Of a stretch of 64,000 bases of DNA, positions 10,201 to 18,243 are shown one piece after another. Source of the DNA: a virus (Duplodnaviria > Heunggongvirae > Uroviricota > Caudoviricetes); IMG/VR virus record IMGVR_UViG_3300009165_000005, one strand, 5' to 3'. Each line of letters opens with the position of its first letter. The first letter of the stretch is position 1. The position numbers were made by a program, and so were the translations under genes. The notes below the pieces were generated by a model, which saw only the letters and a list, made by a program, of their open reading frames with translations, searched no databases and had not been told where the DNA came from.

Positions 10201-10924
10201 AGTTAACTCCTGCTTGACCTCCGAGAGCAGCCGAAACATTGGTCCAGTTGCAAACCTGAGCACCACTTGCAACCCCATCAAGCTTGGTCTTGTCCGATGA
10301 GGACATAAACCCGTTGACTGAAGTCGTAGCCGCTGAGTGCTGAGTACCGCCCCCACGAGACCCGTGTTGGGTGTCACTAGCCAAGATCCCGACTTGGATA
10401 TCGTTGGTATTGACCGTGATAGAACCGTCGGCATTTGCTACTACATCGAAGGTTCGATCAGCAGATAGGTCTCCACCACCGGTCATACCAGAACCCGCTG
10501 TCAGGGTTCTGGTTGGGGCAACACCATCAGCCGTCGTGTTCTTCCAAACAGCAGCATTTACTGTATTGGTGATGCAGACGTACCAATTCCCAGTAGAAGT
10601 ATCCAACCAAGTGGCAACAGGCTGAACGCCCTTTGAGGAGTCATCCGTGACTGTAGGCGCCCGAGCGAAACCTTGAGCCGCTGCAATTGTGTAGTCCGGT
10701 GGGTCTCCAGAATGGGCCGCAACAAGGGCATCTAAGGCTGACTGGTCTGGACCTGATAGAGCCCCACTGAACCAGACACTACATGTTCCTGAATCAGTAT
10801 CGATGCGACGAAGAGAAGCCGAGGATATGGAGGAAGCAAGAATCTCCGATGTGAATCGAGTTGAATCAACCCGAGCAGACGGGAATGCTGTTGCAATCGT
10901 GTAGTCGTAATTTACGTCAGCCAT
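4232..10924 (-). CDS. Very large fibre protein (~2230 aa) with a beta-helix-like region and His-rich repeats
   Basis: 13 RxDHxH motifs, fibre module SGTQSIDGV...GDRVLCKDQ...GIY, beta-helix-type start YTSIEAAV..VNPGTYVE. Start at 10924 (TAATG overlap). Confidence 0.85.
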   Translation of the reverse strand: MADVNYDYTIATAFPSARVDSTRFTSEILASSISSASLRRIDTDSGTCSVWFSGALSGPDQSALDALVAAHSGDPPDYTIAAAQGFARAPTVTDDSSKGVQPVATWLDTSTGNWYVCITNTVNAAVWKNTTADGVAPTRTLTAGSGMTGGGDLSADRTFDVVANADGSITVNTNDIQVGILASDTQHGSRGGGTQHSAATTSVNGFMSSSDKTKLDGVASGAQVCNWTNVSAALGGQAGVNSRYLFLSNGSGSGTMSQFVFKITNRITVGQVGDDVDYTSIEAAVAAAISGGATGTNPWQIVVNPGTYVENPITVTEGTLIVAADTTGVQPIFIIAANPLTDLFTMTGGEIKGVTIMGVTDPAKCLIRCATPGTVCALETITVQACSNGIVISDGASAVISVLSAIIAAPGLDIGTWVTVTGAGSQAYVTPCYLNVPSAILPYYTGNPIQVAFRVADGGDLTLTNTVVIMPDNDGTSSVILADGGSTVAFLSSSIRDSNWALHIGPSGTSTVINAFGSSLENNIYNIKIESATGIVYTNVTVDHTALSIVSGGRKIGTTFFQDSQTFEVLGAATYSYDVTNPSINLGDFYYDQGATGLCNGGAVTAGSGLHVNVALGKGFIRDSGNSIAYSVSWGAGSVLLTASTTNYVYYDSTTQTLTSATSPPPVTGVLLATVVTDGSGIRFLHQTRILSANVEGVLQSYLLTVSPQYLKSGLGTIQGTTVRNLDVGSGSYYLGIDTIAYAGSGGDATWSYFYGTNGATEVATQTLVDITNYDNAGTLTAMTASYYRLDYLILTSDGRLSLLYGTSQYATQPLAEAGTTAALPTFLDPSNMPLAKVIVQQGVGISNIIDARPTRSTGGGSGGGVTVHSALTGLSADDHTQYLLGSGSRAMTGDLSLGAHNITNVGTVDGVTVSAHASRHNPGGADALSTGTPVAISVGASPSAGVGSSYALNDHQHGIAAGSPSTIGTTNSAGTASSVARSDHVHDHGAQTSGTLHAAASTSVAGFLSSTDKTKLDGIASGATNTPLTSSAPADVTKATAVVGVATDAARADHKHDISTATAGAATPGDSAAEGTATSLARSDHKHSLPSYGSTSGTFCQGNDSRLSDDRTASGLRTATTVVVISAATAPSAGQVLTASSSTLATWVTPVTLTSTTPENVDAAAGAVGVGTTAARVDHVHQVNVGTPSTVGTSNSAGSASSLARSDHIHAHGNQTSGTLHAITSLTAPGFQPQSHLAATVDPVAGNDNTQGYIVGSSWLNTTGVTQWVAFDVTTDAAVWKKFLFAGSGTFSNGGEAGTANRTLGNTDSYSLSLITNNLSRFTVNADGSILVTPSTSGVTAFVIKAAASQSGDLTQYQDNTGTELASFDYRGWFNVHDGLSPFPQAPIFIATGPLNSYLQIAIQNQNSGDRSSSDFVATADNGDDSSYYVDLGINGSTYNDPTYNLTEANDSYLLNLDGHLAIATGTSGKTIKFGTGGFTSTNLRMTLSDTGLDLTSLNITSLADPVVAQDAATRNFVESGGMLHPACRVATTGSIILSGTQSIDGVSVVSGDRVLCKDQATAADRGIYVCAVGDWSRAADFSTSAQANNGLLVEIRAGTANGNTLWSLTTQPVINLGVTSLAFAREGIDSTAPSNVTKATAATGTSNYLARIDHKHDVTTTTASTLSVGGSNAEGTATSLARSDHIHALPAFGSTSGTFCQGNDSRLSDDRTASGLRTATTVVVISASTAPSAGQVLTASSSTLAAWSTPLALTSSAPADVTKAPADVGTGSTAARADHKHDVTTAAPSTLAAGGSNTEGTATSLARSDHVHALPAYGTGSGTFCQGNDSRLSDDRTASGLRTATTVVVISAATAPSAGQALVASSSTLATWQTVAVLASAAPVNVTKAPADVGTGTAAARDDHKHDVTTAAPSTLAAGGSNTEGTATSLARSDHVHALPAFGSTSGTFCQGNDSRLSDDRTASGLRTATTVVVISAATAPTSGQALVASSSTLATWQTIPFITSNAPVNVTKAAAAVGVGTTAARDDHKHDVTTAAAVSISTSNAEGTATSLARSDHVHSHGHALLQQLMFAPDFDDPGTDWAVTAAASLNADTVNAAVLIRRFDDTTQEGVGWSVHIPSAATQVTFTFMAKAQSSPAGTRTVGLALKKREVPNNATLGSWTSTTLTDLSFPTNVTFQKSSQTVSLATLSLTAGSIYQLEIIRQTPAAGTNLTGDMGIFMLNVEWFI
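4725..6030 (-). repeat. ~126-aa fibre repeat array (3 full + 1 partial unit)
   Basis: Repeated AP..VTKA...AAR.DHKHDV..EGTATSLARSDH.H.LP..G..SGTFCQGNDSRLSDDRTASGLRTATTVVVIS.ATAP..GQ.L.ASSSTLA.W. Boundaries approximate. Confidence 0.9.
7265..8080 (-). repeat. Second fibre repeat cluster (1 full unit plus partial His-motif units)
   Basis: Same repeat unit and RxDHxH motifs as 4725-6030. Boundaries approximate. Confidence 0.8.
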
Positions 10925-13452
10925 TACGCCGAAACCCTCCACATCTCAATACGCGCTTCCTCAATAGCAGCAGTGTTTCCACCACCACCCTCATACTGAA
11001 TAGTGAATGAGTTCGAAGTACCTGAAAGTGTAATCACGGCTTCCCCACTAAACTGAAGTTTATCAGTGATTTGGAGCTGGTCTTTCGACCACACACCACC
11101 AACCACCGTTGAGCTAGTGACGTTGAAGAACCTGGCAGAGATTGGACTACCCCCAGAGGGTCTGCTCATTAGACAGTACCAGGTCATGAGATAAGTACCC
11201 GTTAAAGCCCCCGTAGCAAGACTCACCTTCGTCTGAAAGGAGGTTGCGGTTGTAGTAGACTGACCTAGACTTTGAGATAGCGCGTAGTCTCTACCATAGT
11301 CAGGGGACATCAAATCCAACTTGGACTTGTCCGTCGAGGACATGAACCCGTTGACGGATCCAGTCGCTACCGCATGATGTGTCCCTGTGGTCTGAGACCC
11401 GTGATTATGAATGTGATCTGACCTAGAAAAGGTGGTTGCAGATCCATCCGTGTTCGTAGTCCCAATTGAAGATGGGGTAGCACTTGAAACCGAGTGCTGA
11501 TGATCACTTCGAGCAAGAGAAGTTGCGATACCCTCAGCAGCCGAAGCCCCAATCGCTACAGACCCTGGAGTAGCTGTTGAAACATCATGCTTATGATCTG
11601 CTCGAGCTGAGGTACTTCCAACACCAGTTACCGCGGCCGACTTAGTAACATCCGCTGGGGTAGTAGTGGCTAGGGCAATAGGACTTGACCAGCTCGCCGA
11701 AGTACCAGAGGACGCAGTAAGAACTTGACCAGCACTAGGTGCCGTTGCTGCTGAAACAACGACTATCGTAGTAGCTGTCCGAATCCCAGAAGCTGTTCGG
11801 TCATCGGAAAGACGGGAGTCGTTTCCTTGACAGAAGGTTCCTGAGGTAGACCCATAAGACGGGAGACTATGCTTGTGATCACTTCGAGCAAGAGAAGTTG
11901 CGGTACCCTCAGCAACCGAATCTCCAGGCGTGGCCGCCCCCGCCGTCGCCGTCGACACATCGTGCTTGTGATCATCCCGAGCTGCTGTGGTTCCAACCCC
12001 AACGGCCGCTGTAGCCTTCGTAACGTCCGCCGGAGCCGAAGACGCTAAAGAGATACCTGGATCTGGAGTGGACCAAGCAGCTAGAGTACTTGATGAGGCA
12101 GTAAGGACTTGTCCCGCACTGGGGGCTGTTGCAGCCGAGATGATGACTATCGTAGTAGCTGTCCTCAAACCAGAAGCTGTTCTATCATCGGAAAGACGGG
12201 AGTCATTCCCTTGGCAGAAGGTTCCTGAAGTAGATCCATAAGACGGGAGACTATGCTTATGATCGCTTCGAGCGAGAGAAGTTGCGGTACCCTCAGCGAC
12301 TGAGTCTCCGGGCGTGGCCGCTCCCGCCGCTGCCGTCGAAACATCATGCTTGTGATCATCCCTTGCTGCTGTGGTACCAACCCCAACAGCTGCTGTAGCC
12401 TTCGTAACGTCCGCCGGAGCATTACTCGTAAGAGAAGCATAAACCGTGGGTGTGGACCAAGCAGCTAGAGTACTTGATGAGGCAGTAAGGACTTGCCCTG
12501 CACTGGGAGCTGTTGCAGCCGAGATGACAACTACTGTAGTTGCTGTCCTCAAACCAGAAGCGTTTCGGTCATCACTTAGGCGGGAGTCATTCCCAACACA
12601 GAAGGTTGTTGAAGTAGTCCCAAAAGATGGAAGACTATGCTGGTGGTCCGACCTTGCAAGAGAGGTGGCCGTACCTTCAGCAGCGGTGTCCCCAGGAGTT
12701 ATCGCCCCAGGAGTTGCTGTTGTCACATTGTGCTTGTGATCAGATCGAGCAGCGTCTGTAGCTACGCCAACAGCAGCCGTGGCTTTAGTAACATCAACAG
12801 GGGCCGTCGCGGTAAGAGGAGTATTTGTCGCCCCTGAAGCAACCCCATCAAGTTTGGTCTTGTCCGTTGAGGACATAAACCCATCGACTGAAGTCGTAGC
12901 CGCATCATGAAGGGATCCCCCACCCAAGTTACCATGTTGCGAGTCACTTGCTAGTATTCCAACTTGGATATCGTCGGCATTAACAATGATAGATCCATCG
13001 GCGTTGGCCACAACATCGAAAGTCCGGTCAGCAGTGAGATCCCCACCTCCAGTTAAACCATCACCCGCTATTAGCGTTCTAGCACTTGGAACGAACCCAC
13101 CCGTCGGGAATGAGGCACTCAACAAAGGACGCTCTAAGAAGATTCTGATGATGAAACCACCAGAGGTCACTACACGACCAAGTTGGATGTAGGATCCTGA
13201 AAGTGGATACCCCGTAGTACTGACAACAAGAATGCCTGAGTTGTTCAAATACAGGTAATTAGTATCATTATCGGCGACTGCATTGACTGAAGATCCGACA
13301 TAACGCCCATAAGCCCCATCTAGGTTGTAGTAGAATCCATTAACCTTGACGGACAGATCACCATCTTCAACAATGGCCCCATCATAGATGACTGCATTTG
13401 GAGCTAACGTCACCTCGTTAGTGACTTCTACTTCACCGATCACGTAAGGCAT
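10924..13452 (-). CDS. Fibre protein (842 aa) with His-rich repeats and a beta-sandwich (C1q/BclA-like) tip
   Basis: 9 RxDHxH motifs. Shares the repeat unit and the RTL.AG.G.TGGGDL.ADRTFDVVANADGSI segment with the 2230-aa fibre. Confidence 0.85.
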   Translation of the reverse strand: MPYVIGEVEVTNEVTLAPNAVIYDGAIVEDGDLSVKVNGFYYNLDGAYGRYVGSSVNAVADNDTNYLYLNNSGILVVSTTGYPLSGSYIQLGRVVTSGGFIIRIFLERPLLSASFPTGGFVPSARTLIAGDGLTGGGDLTADRTFDVVANADGSIIVNADDIQVGILASDSQHGNLGGGSLHDAATTSVDGFMSSTDKTKLDGVASGATNTPLTATAPVDVTKATAAVGVATDAARSDHKHNVTTATPGAITPGDTAAEGTATSLARSDHQHSLPSFGTTSTTFCVGNDSRLSDDRNASGLRTATTVVVISAATAPSAGQVLTASSSTLAAWSTPTVYASLTSNAPADVTKATAAVGVGTTAARDDHKHDVSTAAAGAATPGDSVAEGTATSLARSDHKHSLPSYGSTSGTFCQGNDSRLSDDRTASGLRTATTIVIISAATAPSAGQVLTASSSTLAAWSTPDPGISLASSAPADVTKATAAVGVGTTAARDDHKHDVSTATAGAATPGDSVAEGTATSLARSDHKHSLPSYGSTSGTFCQGNDSRLSDDRTASGIRTATTIVVVSAATAPSAGQVLTASSGTSASWSSPIALATTTPADVTKSAAVTGVGSTSARADHKHDVSTATPGSVAIGASAAEGIATSLARSDHQHSVSSATPSSIGTTNTDGSATTFSRSDHIHNHGSQTTGTHHAVATGSVNGFMSSTDKSKLDLMSPDYGRDYALSQSLGQSTTTATSFQTKVSLATGALTGTYLMTWYCLMSRPSGGSPISARFFNVTSSTVVGGVWSKDQLQITDKLQFSGEAVITLSGTSNSFTIQYEGGGGNTAAIEEARIEMWRVSA
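11390..12830 (-). repeat. ~128-aa (384-bp) fibre repeat array, 3 full + 1 partial unit
   Basis: gtagccttcgtaacgtccgccggagc recurs 384 nt apart (about 12011 and 12395); units are near-identical at DNA level. Confidence 0.9.
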
Positions 13453-13474
13453 GAGTTACCTCATTGAGCAACTC
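13453..13474 (-). promoter_or_regulatory. Hairpin enclosing the SD and abutting the start codon
   Basis: Minus strand GAGTTGC-TCAATGAG-GTAACTC|ATG; 7-bp stem (1 G-U) covering GAGG. Confidence 0.5.
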
Positions 13475-13525
13475 TGAGAACAGCTTTATCAAGGACTACC
13501 GTTGATTAGGCTCTTACAGTAGGGC

Positions 13526-14062
13526 TCAGAACAAAACCCTATTTCTCTCTATACTAACCACTCTGCCACCGGTTCGATTGAAAACTTCAGTCAAAGTCTC
13601 GTGGAGAATCCCTGACCCATTGTAATTATTAGTGACCAACTGAGACACGACCCCTCCCGTTCGAGTGAGTAGCTCTTCTCGAATCTTTCGCGTCTTCAGT
13701 GGGCTATCCCAAGTCACAACTTGGATGGTCTTGTCTCCTGACTTAATGATCTCATCGTAGCTATCCTGATCAATCCAGTGATTGCTTGAGGGTAGCATTC
13801 GATGCTGTTCCTCAGTCAAACCAACAAGCAAAAGATCTGAAAGTGTAGAGGGAATAGGGTTATTGACATCCATGAACGCCATGTTATCGCCATCTCGGTA
13901 AACCCGAACGGCTTCATCACGATTCAAGGCATCATCAAGAACAAGACCCGCACATTCGATGTGATCTTCAAGTGGGTTCAGCTCAGTTGGAAACTGATCA
14001 ATCTGATCTCCACCTGTAGCAGGGTCTTCGAGCTTTAGGGGGTGAACTCGGTCTATAGCCAC
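13526..14062 (-). CDS. Hypothetical virion/fibre-associated protein (178 aa)
   Basis: GTG start with SD AGAAGG; embedded in the fibre cluster. Confidence 0.65.
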   Translation of the reverse strand: MAIDRVHPLKLEDPATGGDQIDQFPTELNPLEDHIECAGLVLDDALNRDEAVRVYRDGDNMAFMDVNNPIPSTLSDLLLVGLTEEQHRMLPSSNHWIDQDSYDEIIKSGDKTIQVVTWDSPLKTRKIREELLTRTGGVVSQLVTNNYNGSGILHETLTEVFNRTGGRVVSIERNRVLF

Positions 14063-14091
14063 AACTCAACCTTCTAAGGAGAGTTGCTATC

Positions 14092-14139
14092 AAAAAAGAA
14101 CTGAGCCCAAAGAGGTTTACCTCTCGAGCTCAGTTCTTT
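14092..14139 (-). terminator. Rho-independent terminator
   Basis: AAAGAACTGAGC...GCTCAGTTCTTT 12-bp stem plus inner AGAGG/CCTCT stem, followed by TTTTTT; directly after the 633-aa gene. Confidence 0.8.
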
Positions 14140-14162
14140 CGCTACCTAACCTAGAACAGTTA

Positions 14163-16064
14163 CTAGGCGGCTTTCTTTCCGTAATCCATGATTCTGACGA
14201 ACAGGTCGTCAGCACTCAAGCAGATCCCAACCTGAATGACGCGGTTGCTTGCACCAGGTAGGGCCGTAGAGAGCCCACCAGTAGTAGCCAAATAGACCGG
14301 GACTCCGGCACCAGCCCCAGAGAGTCCGGAGACAACACCAGCAGCTTTACCAGCGTATACGACCATGAAGTTACTACCCGAAGGGTTGGCTTGAGCGATA
14401 CCAATGACCCTTGCGCTGGCATCTACCGATGCTTGAGCCTTAGCAACGAGGTTACTCGTACCCGTGATGTAGACCGGATCCTTGACTGCTATGGAACCCC
14501 CAGTTCCATCCATGACTGCTTGTAGGATTGGAGCAGAAGTAGCAGCTATAGCCGTATGGGTGTGTAAGGTGTCCGCATTGCTACTTGAACCAGCAGTTAG
14601 GGTGTTCAGATTGGTGGCCGTTACTTGACCAGTACCTGGAGTCTGGCTAGTTGCGGTACCACCAATGGTAAACAGATTTGGTACACCCGCCACGCTAAGG
14701 CCAGAACCAGCACCACCAACGTCTAGAGCAGCAGTGCTTCCATCCAGTTTGATACCTAAGCCGTTGGCGAAGCGCCGAATACCCTTGGCTGGGTCAACTT
14801 TTGCTCGAAGCTTACCACTTGCAGTATTTACATCGAACTCCAAGCCCGATGAACCACCAGCGGCACCAGTACCCGCCTCACTAGCAGCCGTGTCAAGGTC
14901 AATCTGAATACTGCTGAGATTCTTGATCAAACCCTGATCATAGGTGTAAGACGGAGCACCTGAGAACTGGGACCAAGCGTTAGGAGTAGTATCGACCGCA
15001 ATTGGGTCAACCGTGACACAATCCCAACCCATATTGGCGAAGGTTGTACCACTGGTGATAAAAACGAATACACCCTGATGGAATTCACTCGAACTAGTCT
15101 GGTCACAATCTGTAGCGCGAGTTAGCTTGAACTTGGCTCCAGCACCATCCCCTAACGTGGTTACCGTATAGATGCCGTTGTCAATTGCTGGGGTTGACTC
15201 ATCCCCATTCTCACTAGCCACTAACACTCGCTGAGAAACACCAGTAGCTGCAAAAGTATACCCATCAATGGTGTTGTAGACGGCTGAGTCCGTTGGAGCT
15301 TCCAAGGTCTTGCCCACGCCAGAACCAACAGCCGTAAAGCCAACACCAGAGACAGTCCCAACAGAAATACCTGTCTTCCCGACGAGGTCCCCAGGAGTTC
15401 CTTCAGTTACATTGGATACCGTAACTCGAGCCTTGCTACCAGTCCACTTGTCCCTCAAGTCAATATTGGCACCATTGACGAAAGCAACCGTGTAGCTAAG
15501 ACCGTAGACTGCCTGAACTGCAGAATTGATGGCGGCTGCTACTGCAGTTAGATTCGCCTCAGTAGTGAATGTAACAGTGACAGTTGTGCCGTAAGGATTG
15601 TGTAACTGCAGATCGAAAGTCTCGCCAGCCATCGGCAAGGAAACAGAACCACCAGTAGCACCAGCCTTGTCTGCAATGGTACCCAAACCACTAACTACTT
15701 TGACGATACACGAAGCATGAGGATCAAGGCCTTGGGCCAAAGCATCCACGTAAGCCTTATTAACTCCATCATCCGGGTCAACTGGAGTTGCCACGTTGTT
15801 GATGAGGTTATTACCCATGTCTACATTAGAAGTAAACTGGGTTGACCCAAGTTCTGCTGAGTTTTGACCAAATACCAGAACGTCACCAGAAGTAGTTGCA
15901 GGACCTGCTCCTGTAACTTTATTCCCATTCATCACAATGCCAACGCCACCAGCCCCCGATGTAGGGATAGTCAACTTGGCAATAGTCATGTAATCCGTGG
16001 TTGCCACTTCCTCGTGGTAACCTTCGGGAGACTGCATGAACAGTGGTTTACGTTCTGAGGCCAT
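14163..16064 (-). CDS. Head-fibre/whisker-like protein (633 aa) with a C-terminal DUF2190-like beta-tulip domain
   Basis: PVDPDDGVNKAYVD and TIDG...RVLV...DNGIY fibre motifs; C-terminal VKDPVYI..VIGIA..GVPVYLATTGGLST..QVG. Confidence 0.7.
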   Translation of the reverse strand: MASERKPLFMQSPEGYHEEVATTDYMTIAKLTIPTSGAGGVGIVMNGNKVTGAGPATTSGDVLVFGQNSAELGSTQFTSNVDMGNNLINNVATPVDPDDGVNKAYVDALAQGLDPHASCIVKVVSGLGTIADKAGATGGSVSLPMAGETFDLQLHNPYGTTVTVTFTTEANLTAVAAAINSAVQAVYGLSYTVAFVNGANIDLRDKWTGSKARVTVSNVTEGTPGDLVGKTGISVGTVSGVGFTAVGSGVGKTLEAPTDSAVYNTIDGYTFAATGVSQRVLVASENGDESTPAIDNGIYTVTTLGDGAGAKFKLTRATDCDQTSSSEFHQGVFVFITSGTTFANMGWDCVTVDPIAVDTTPNAWSQFSGAPSYTYDQGLIKNLSSIQIDLDTAASEAGTGAAGGSSGLEFDVNTASGKLRAKVDPAKGIRRFANGLGIKLDGSTAALDVGGAGSGLSVAGVPNLFTIGGTATSQTPGTGQVTATNLNTLTAGSSSNADTLHTHTAIAATSAPILQAVMDGTGGSIAVKDPVYITGTSNLVAKAQASVDASARVIGIAQANPSGSNFMVVYAGKAAGVVSGLSGAGAGVPVYLATTGGLSTALPGASNRVIQVGICLSADDLFVRIMDYGKKAA

Positions 16065-16079
16065 AATAAATGCTCCTTA

Positions 16080-16550
16080 CTAACTACTATCTTGGGTGAC
16101 CTCACCACGTAGGTCACGAACCGTTCGTGCCTCCGGGTCTATGGTCATAAAGTTGGGATCCATATTGTACTTGGTTGCGATCTCATTGATTAACTGAAGA
16201 TACCGAGGCTTTAACTCAGAGATACTGTGCTGAGCTTGATCTATTGACAACTGGCGAGATTCCTGCTGTTTTTTGAAGGAAGCTACAGCCTTCTCCATGT
16301 CATTCTGAGCGTTCTGCATCTCCAAGGTTAGCGCTCGGGCGGATAGCTCAAGGTTTCGAATCTCGGCATCGAGTGCCCGAAAGGTCATTACTTCAAGCTC
16401 AGTGATCTTTTCAATATGGTCCACAGGATGTTGAGCATTTTCGAGTTCAACCTCTTCTGAGACCACTTCGGCCTCTATAGAAGGCGCCTTCGGTTTACTG
16501 CGCCCAACAGGCTTGGTTGTATTCGATTTGGATTTGGTTTTGGGTATCAT
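16080..16550 (-). CDS. Coiled-coil hypothetical protein (156 aa)
   Basis: ATGA overlap at 16547-16550 fixes the start (the ORF-track extension to 16754 overlaps the upstream gene); heptad-rich middle. Confidence 0.65.
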   Translation of the reverse strand: MIPKTKSKSNTTKPVGRSKPKAPSIEAEVVSEEVELENAQHPVDHIEKITELEVMTFRALDAEIRNLELSARALTLEMQNAQNDMEKAVASFKKQQESRQLSIDQAQHSISELKPRYLQLINEIATKYNMDPNFMTIDPEARTVRDLRGEVTQDSS

Positions 16551-17164
16551 GCGATGACTCGGGTCAAGTTGAAGGACGGATTGAACAACATTCGCGAGGA
16601 GTCCATAGCGACCCCAAGCACCTGAACAAAAACTTTCTGGTTTCCTGTTGCTACTGGACGAGTAGGAGTGGGGATACCGTTGAAACCTATGAAGTAGGTT
16701 TTGCCCGGTATAAGACCAGGCACACTTAGGATACCGTATCGAAGGATCTTGCACTGAGTACTGGTACTCTTACTTACAATGGCCCCCACTCCAGGCATCT
16801 TGGAATAGTTGGTGATGTCTACCTTGGTAACCTGGATCACCCCTCCTACGCTATCCCCGGAGATGTAGACCAGGTCCCCAATCTGATCCGTAGCTTGACA
16901 GTTAGCGGGTAGCTCAAATCCCTCCGTCTGAGCTAGGTTGGTTAAGTCCTCAAGGCTGAGTATCCCCAACCCTTCGAAGTCATCCCTCCAGGTCCCCGCA
17001 TTGTTGCCGTGGATGATTCTCTTGACCTGACTTAACAGGAACTCTTGAAGATCTTCTTGCGTGATCGAGGATACTAGGGCGTTCAGAATAGCCGAAGCAG
17101 TCTTCTGATCATCCGTCTTATCGGCGATCCTGACTACTCGATATCTGACTTTCGTCTCGCCCAT
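16547..17164 (-). CDS. Virion protein with a C-terminal DUF2190-like beta-tulip domain (205 aa)
   Basis: IGDLVYISG..PGVGAIVSK..RYG..GLIPGKTYFIG..QVLGVA, same pattern as the 633-aa C-terminus. Confidence 0.6.
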   Translation of the reverse strand: MGETKVRYRVVRIADKTDDQKTASAILNALVSSITQEDLQEFLLSQVKRIIHGNNAGTWRDDFEGLGILSLEDLTNLAQTEGFELPANCQATDQIGDLVYISGDSVGGVIQVTKVDITNYSKMPGVGAIVSKSTSTQCKILRYGILSVPGLIPGKTYFIGFNGIPTPTRPVATGNQKVFVQVLGVAMDSSRMLFNPSFNLTRVIA

Positions 17165-17171
17165 CGAATCC

Positions 17172-17489
17172 TCACGTTATGACGTAGTCGGCAACTACGT
17201 GATCATCCGCGTACGGGGCTTGAGATAAAGTAACGGTGTCGTACCCAGTACCAGAACCTCCACTCTCTGAGATCGTGTAATCATCGAGTAACGTCAAGCG
17301 CAACCCATTCACAAACACGGCAATTGTTAGATAAGGGAGGTTATGGGTGAACTTCTCAAGCCCAGGAGTGTGAAACACCAGGTTGAAGCCGTCTTTGGAT
17401 CCGACCAACCCCTGACCCATGCGAAACCGACCCACAGATATGAACATCTGCAGGGCAGTTTGAAGGTTTAGGTAGTTGACAAGATACAC
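17172..17489 (-). CDS. Small beta-rich virion protein (105 aa)
   Basis: GSKDGFNLVF..VFVNGLRL..DDYTISE..TVTLSQAP..DHVVADY resembles small Ig-like phage appendage modules; start uncertain. Confidence 0.55.
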   Translation of the reverse strand: MYLVNYLNLQTALQMFISVGRFRMGQGLVGSKDGFNLVFHTPGLEKFTHNLPYLTIAVFVNGLRLTLLDDYTISESGGSGTGYDTVTLSQAPYADDHVVADYVIT

Positions 17490-17522
17490 TCACGTCTCCC
17501 GCCGAATTAAAACGACCGGGTT

Positions 17523-18197
17523 TCAGCGGGGATTTGCGTATGTGAATTGAGCGGAGAACGCAGCGGTCCCTCCGGAACCTCGAACCCAGATAGATGAGAC
17601 TAGACCATCGAAGCCAATGCTCTCTTGGCTTGATGCTTGACCCGGGACTACGATCTCAGGCCCACCCTCTTGGAAAGCCACATAGAGGGGAATCGTCGTG
17701 CTTAAGTTTCGGATCCTAAAGTTTGACATCTGACGCGGCAGATCAATCTGAAGCGAGTCAGCGAGGCTAGCCTCACTCGGAGCTGTGGCATTGAACCCAG
17801 CCTGCTCGTTGCCTACGAAGGGGGGGAGAACCAAGGTAGCCGCGCTCGGAGAGGGACCTGCAGGGACCAAGACACTTGGTATCTCATCACCCGCTGAATC
17901 AACATAGACCAGCTTCAACCAAAAGAAAGCAGAATCCGGAAGCCCATAGTTTGAAGGCTTCATGAGGATCTGAACGGTCTTACCTGGTTGAATCGGGTTC
18001 TGAGGACCCGCAACAGCAGAATCAACTAGACCCAGGTTGGTAACAGTCACCACTTCCGTGGGGGATGGAAAGTCTGGGCTATCGTCCGTGTATAGACGGT
18101 ATCTCACAACCCCCGTGGCTGTTGAGTCCAACAAAGGCGTTGTGAAATGAATGAACCCCGGCTTGCGTCGGAGAATTGAGAAGAGGCGTCCGCTCAT
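17523..18197 (-). CDS. Hypothetical virion protein (224 aa)
   Basis: ATG with SD AGGTG; beta-rich, in the structural cluster. Confidence 0.65.
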   Translation of the reverse strand: MSGRLFSILRRKPGFIHFTTPLLDSTATGVVRYRLYTDDSPDFPSPTEVVTVTNLGLVDSAVAGPQNPIQPGKTVQILMKPSNYGLPDSAFFWLKLVYVDSAGDEIPSVLVPAGPSPSAATLVLPPFVGNEQAGFNATAPSEASLADSLQIDLPRQMSNFRIRNLSTTIPLYVAFQEGGPEIVVPGQASSQESIGFDGLVSSIWVRGSGGTAAFSAQFTYANPR

Positions 18198-18243
18198 GAT
18201 GTCACCTGTATTGGACCTACAACAAATGATTAGGTGGCAGATA

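Noticed and set aside
4232-13452. Diversity-generating retroelement or shufflon acting on the fibre genes
   Set aside because: No reverse transcriptase or site-specific recombinase in the window; repeats are direct, in frame and coding, and I saw no adenine-restricted mismatch pattern or inverted crossover sites.
16337-16378. tRNA-like string GGGCGGATAGCTCAAGGTTTCGAATCTC...GCCC on the plus strand
   Set aside because: Only 42 nt with no anticodon arm, and antisense to a coding region; coincidental.
16551-16754. N-terminal extensions given by the ORF track (also 36281-36388, 47822-47869, 63404-63442, 10925-10942)
   Set aside because: They overlap upstream genes; downstream starts have SD sites or stop/start overlaps typical of this genome.
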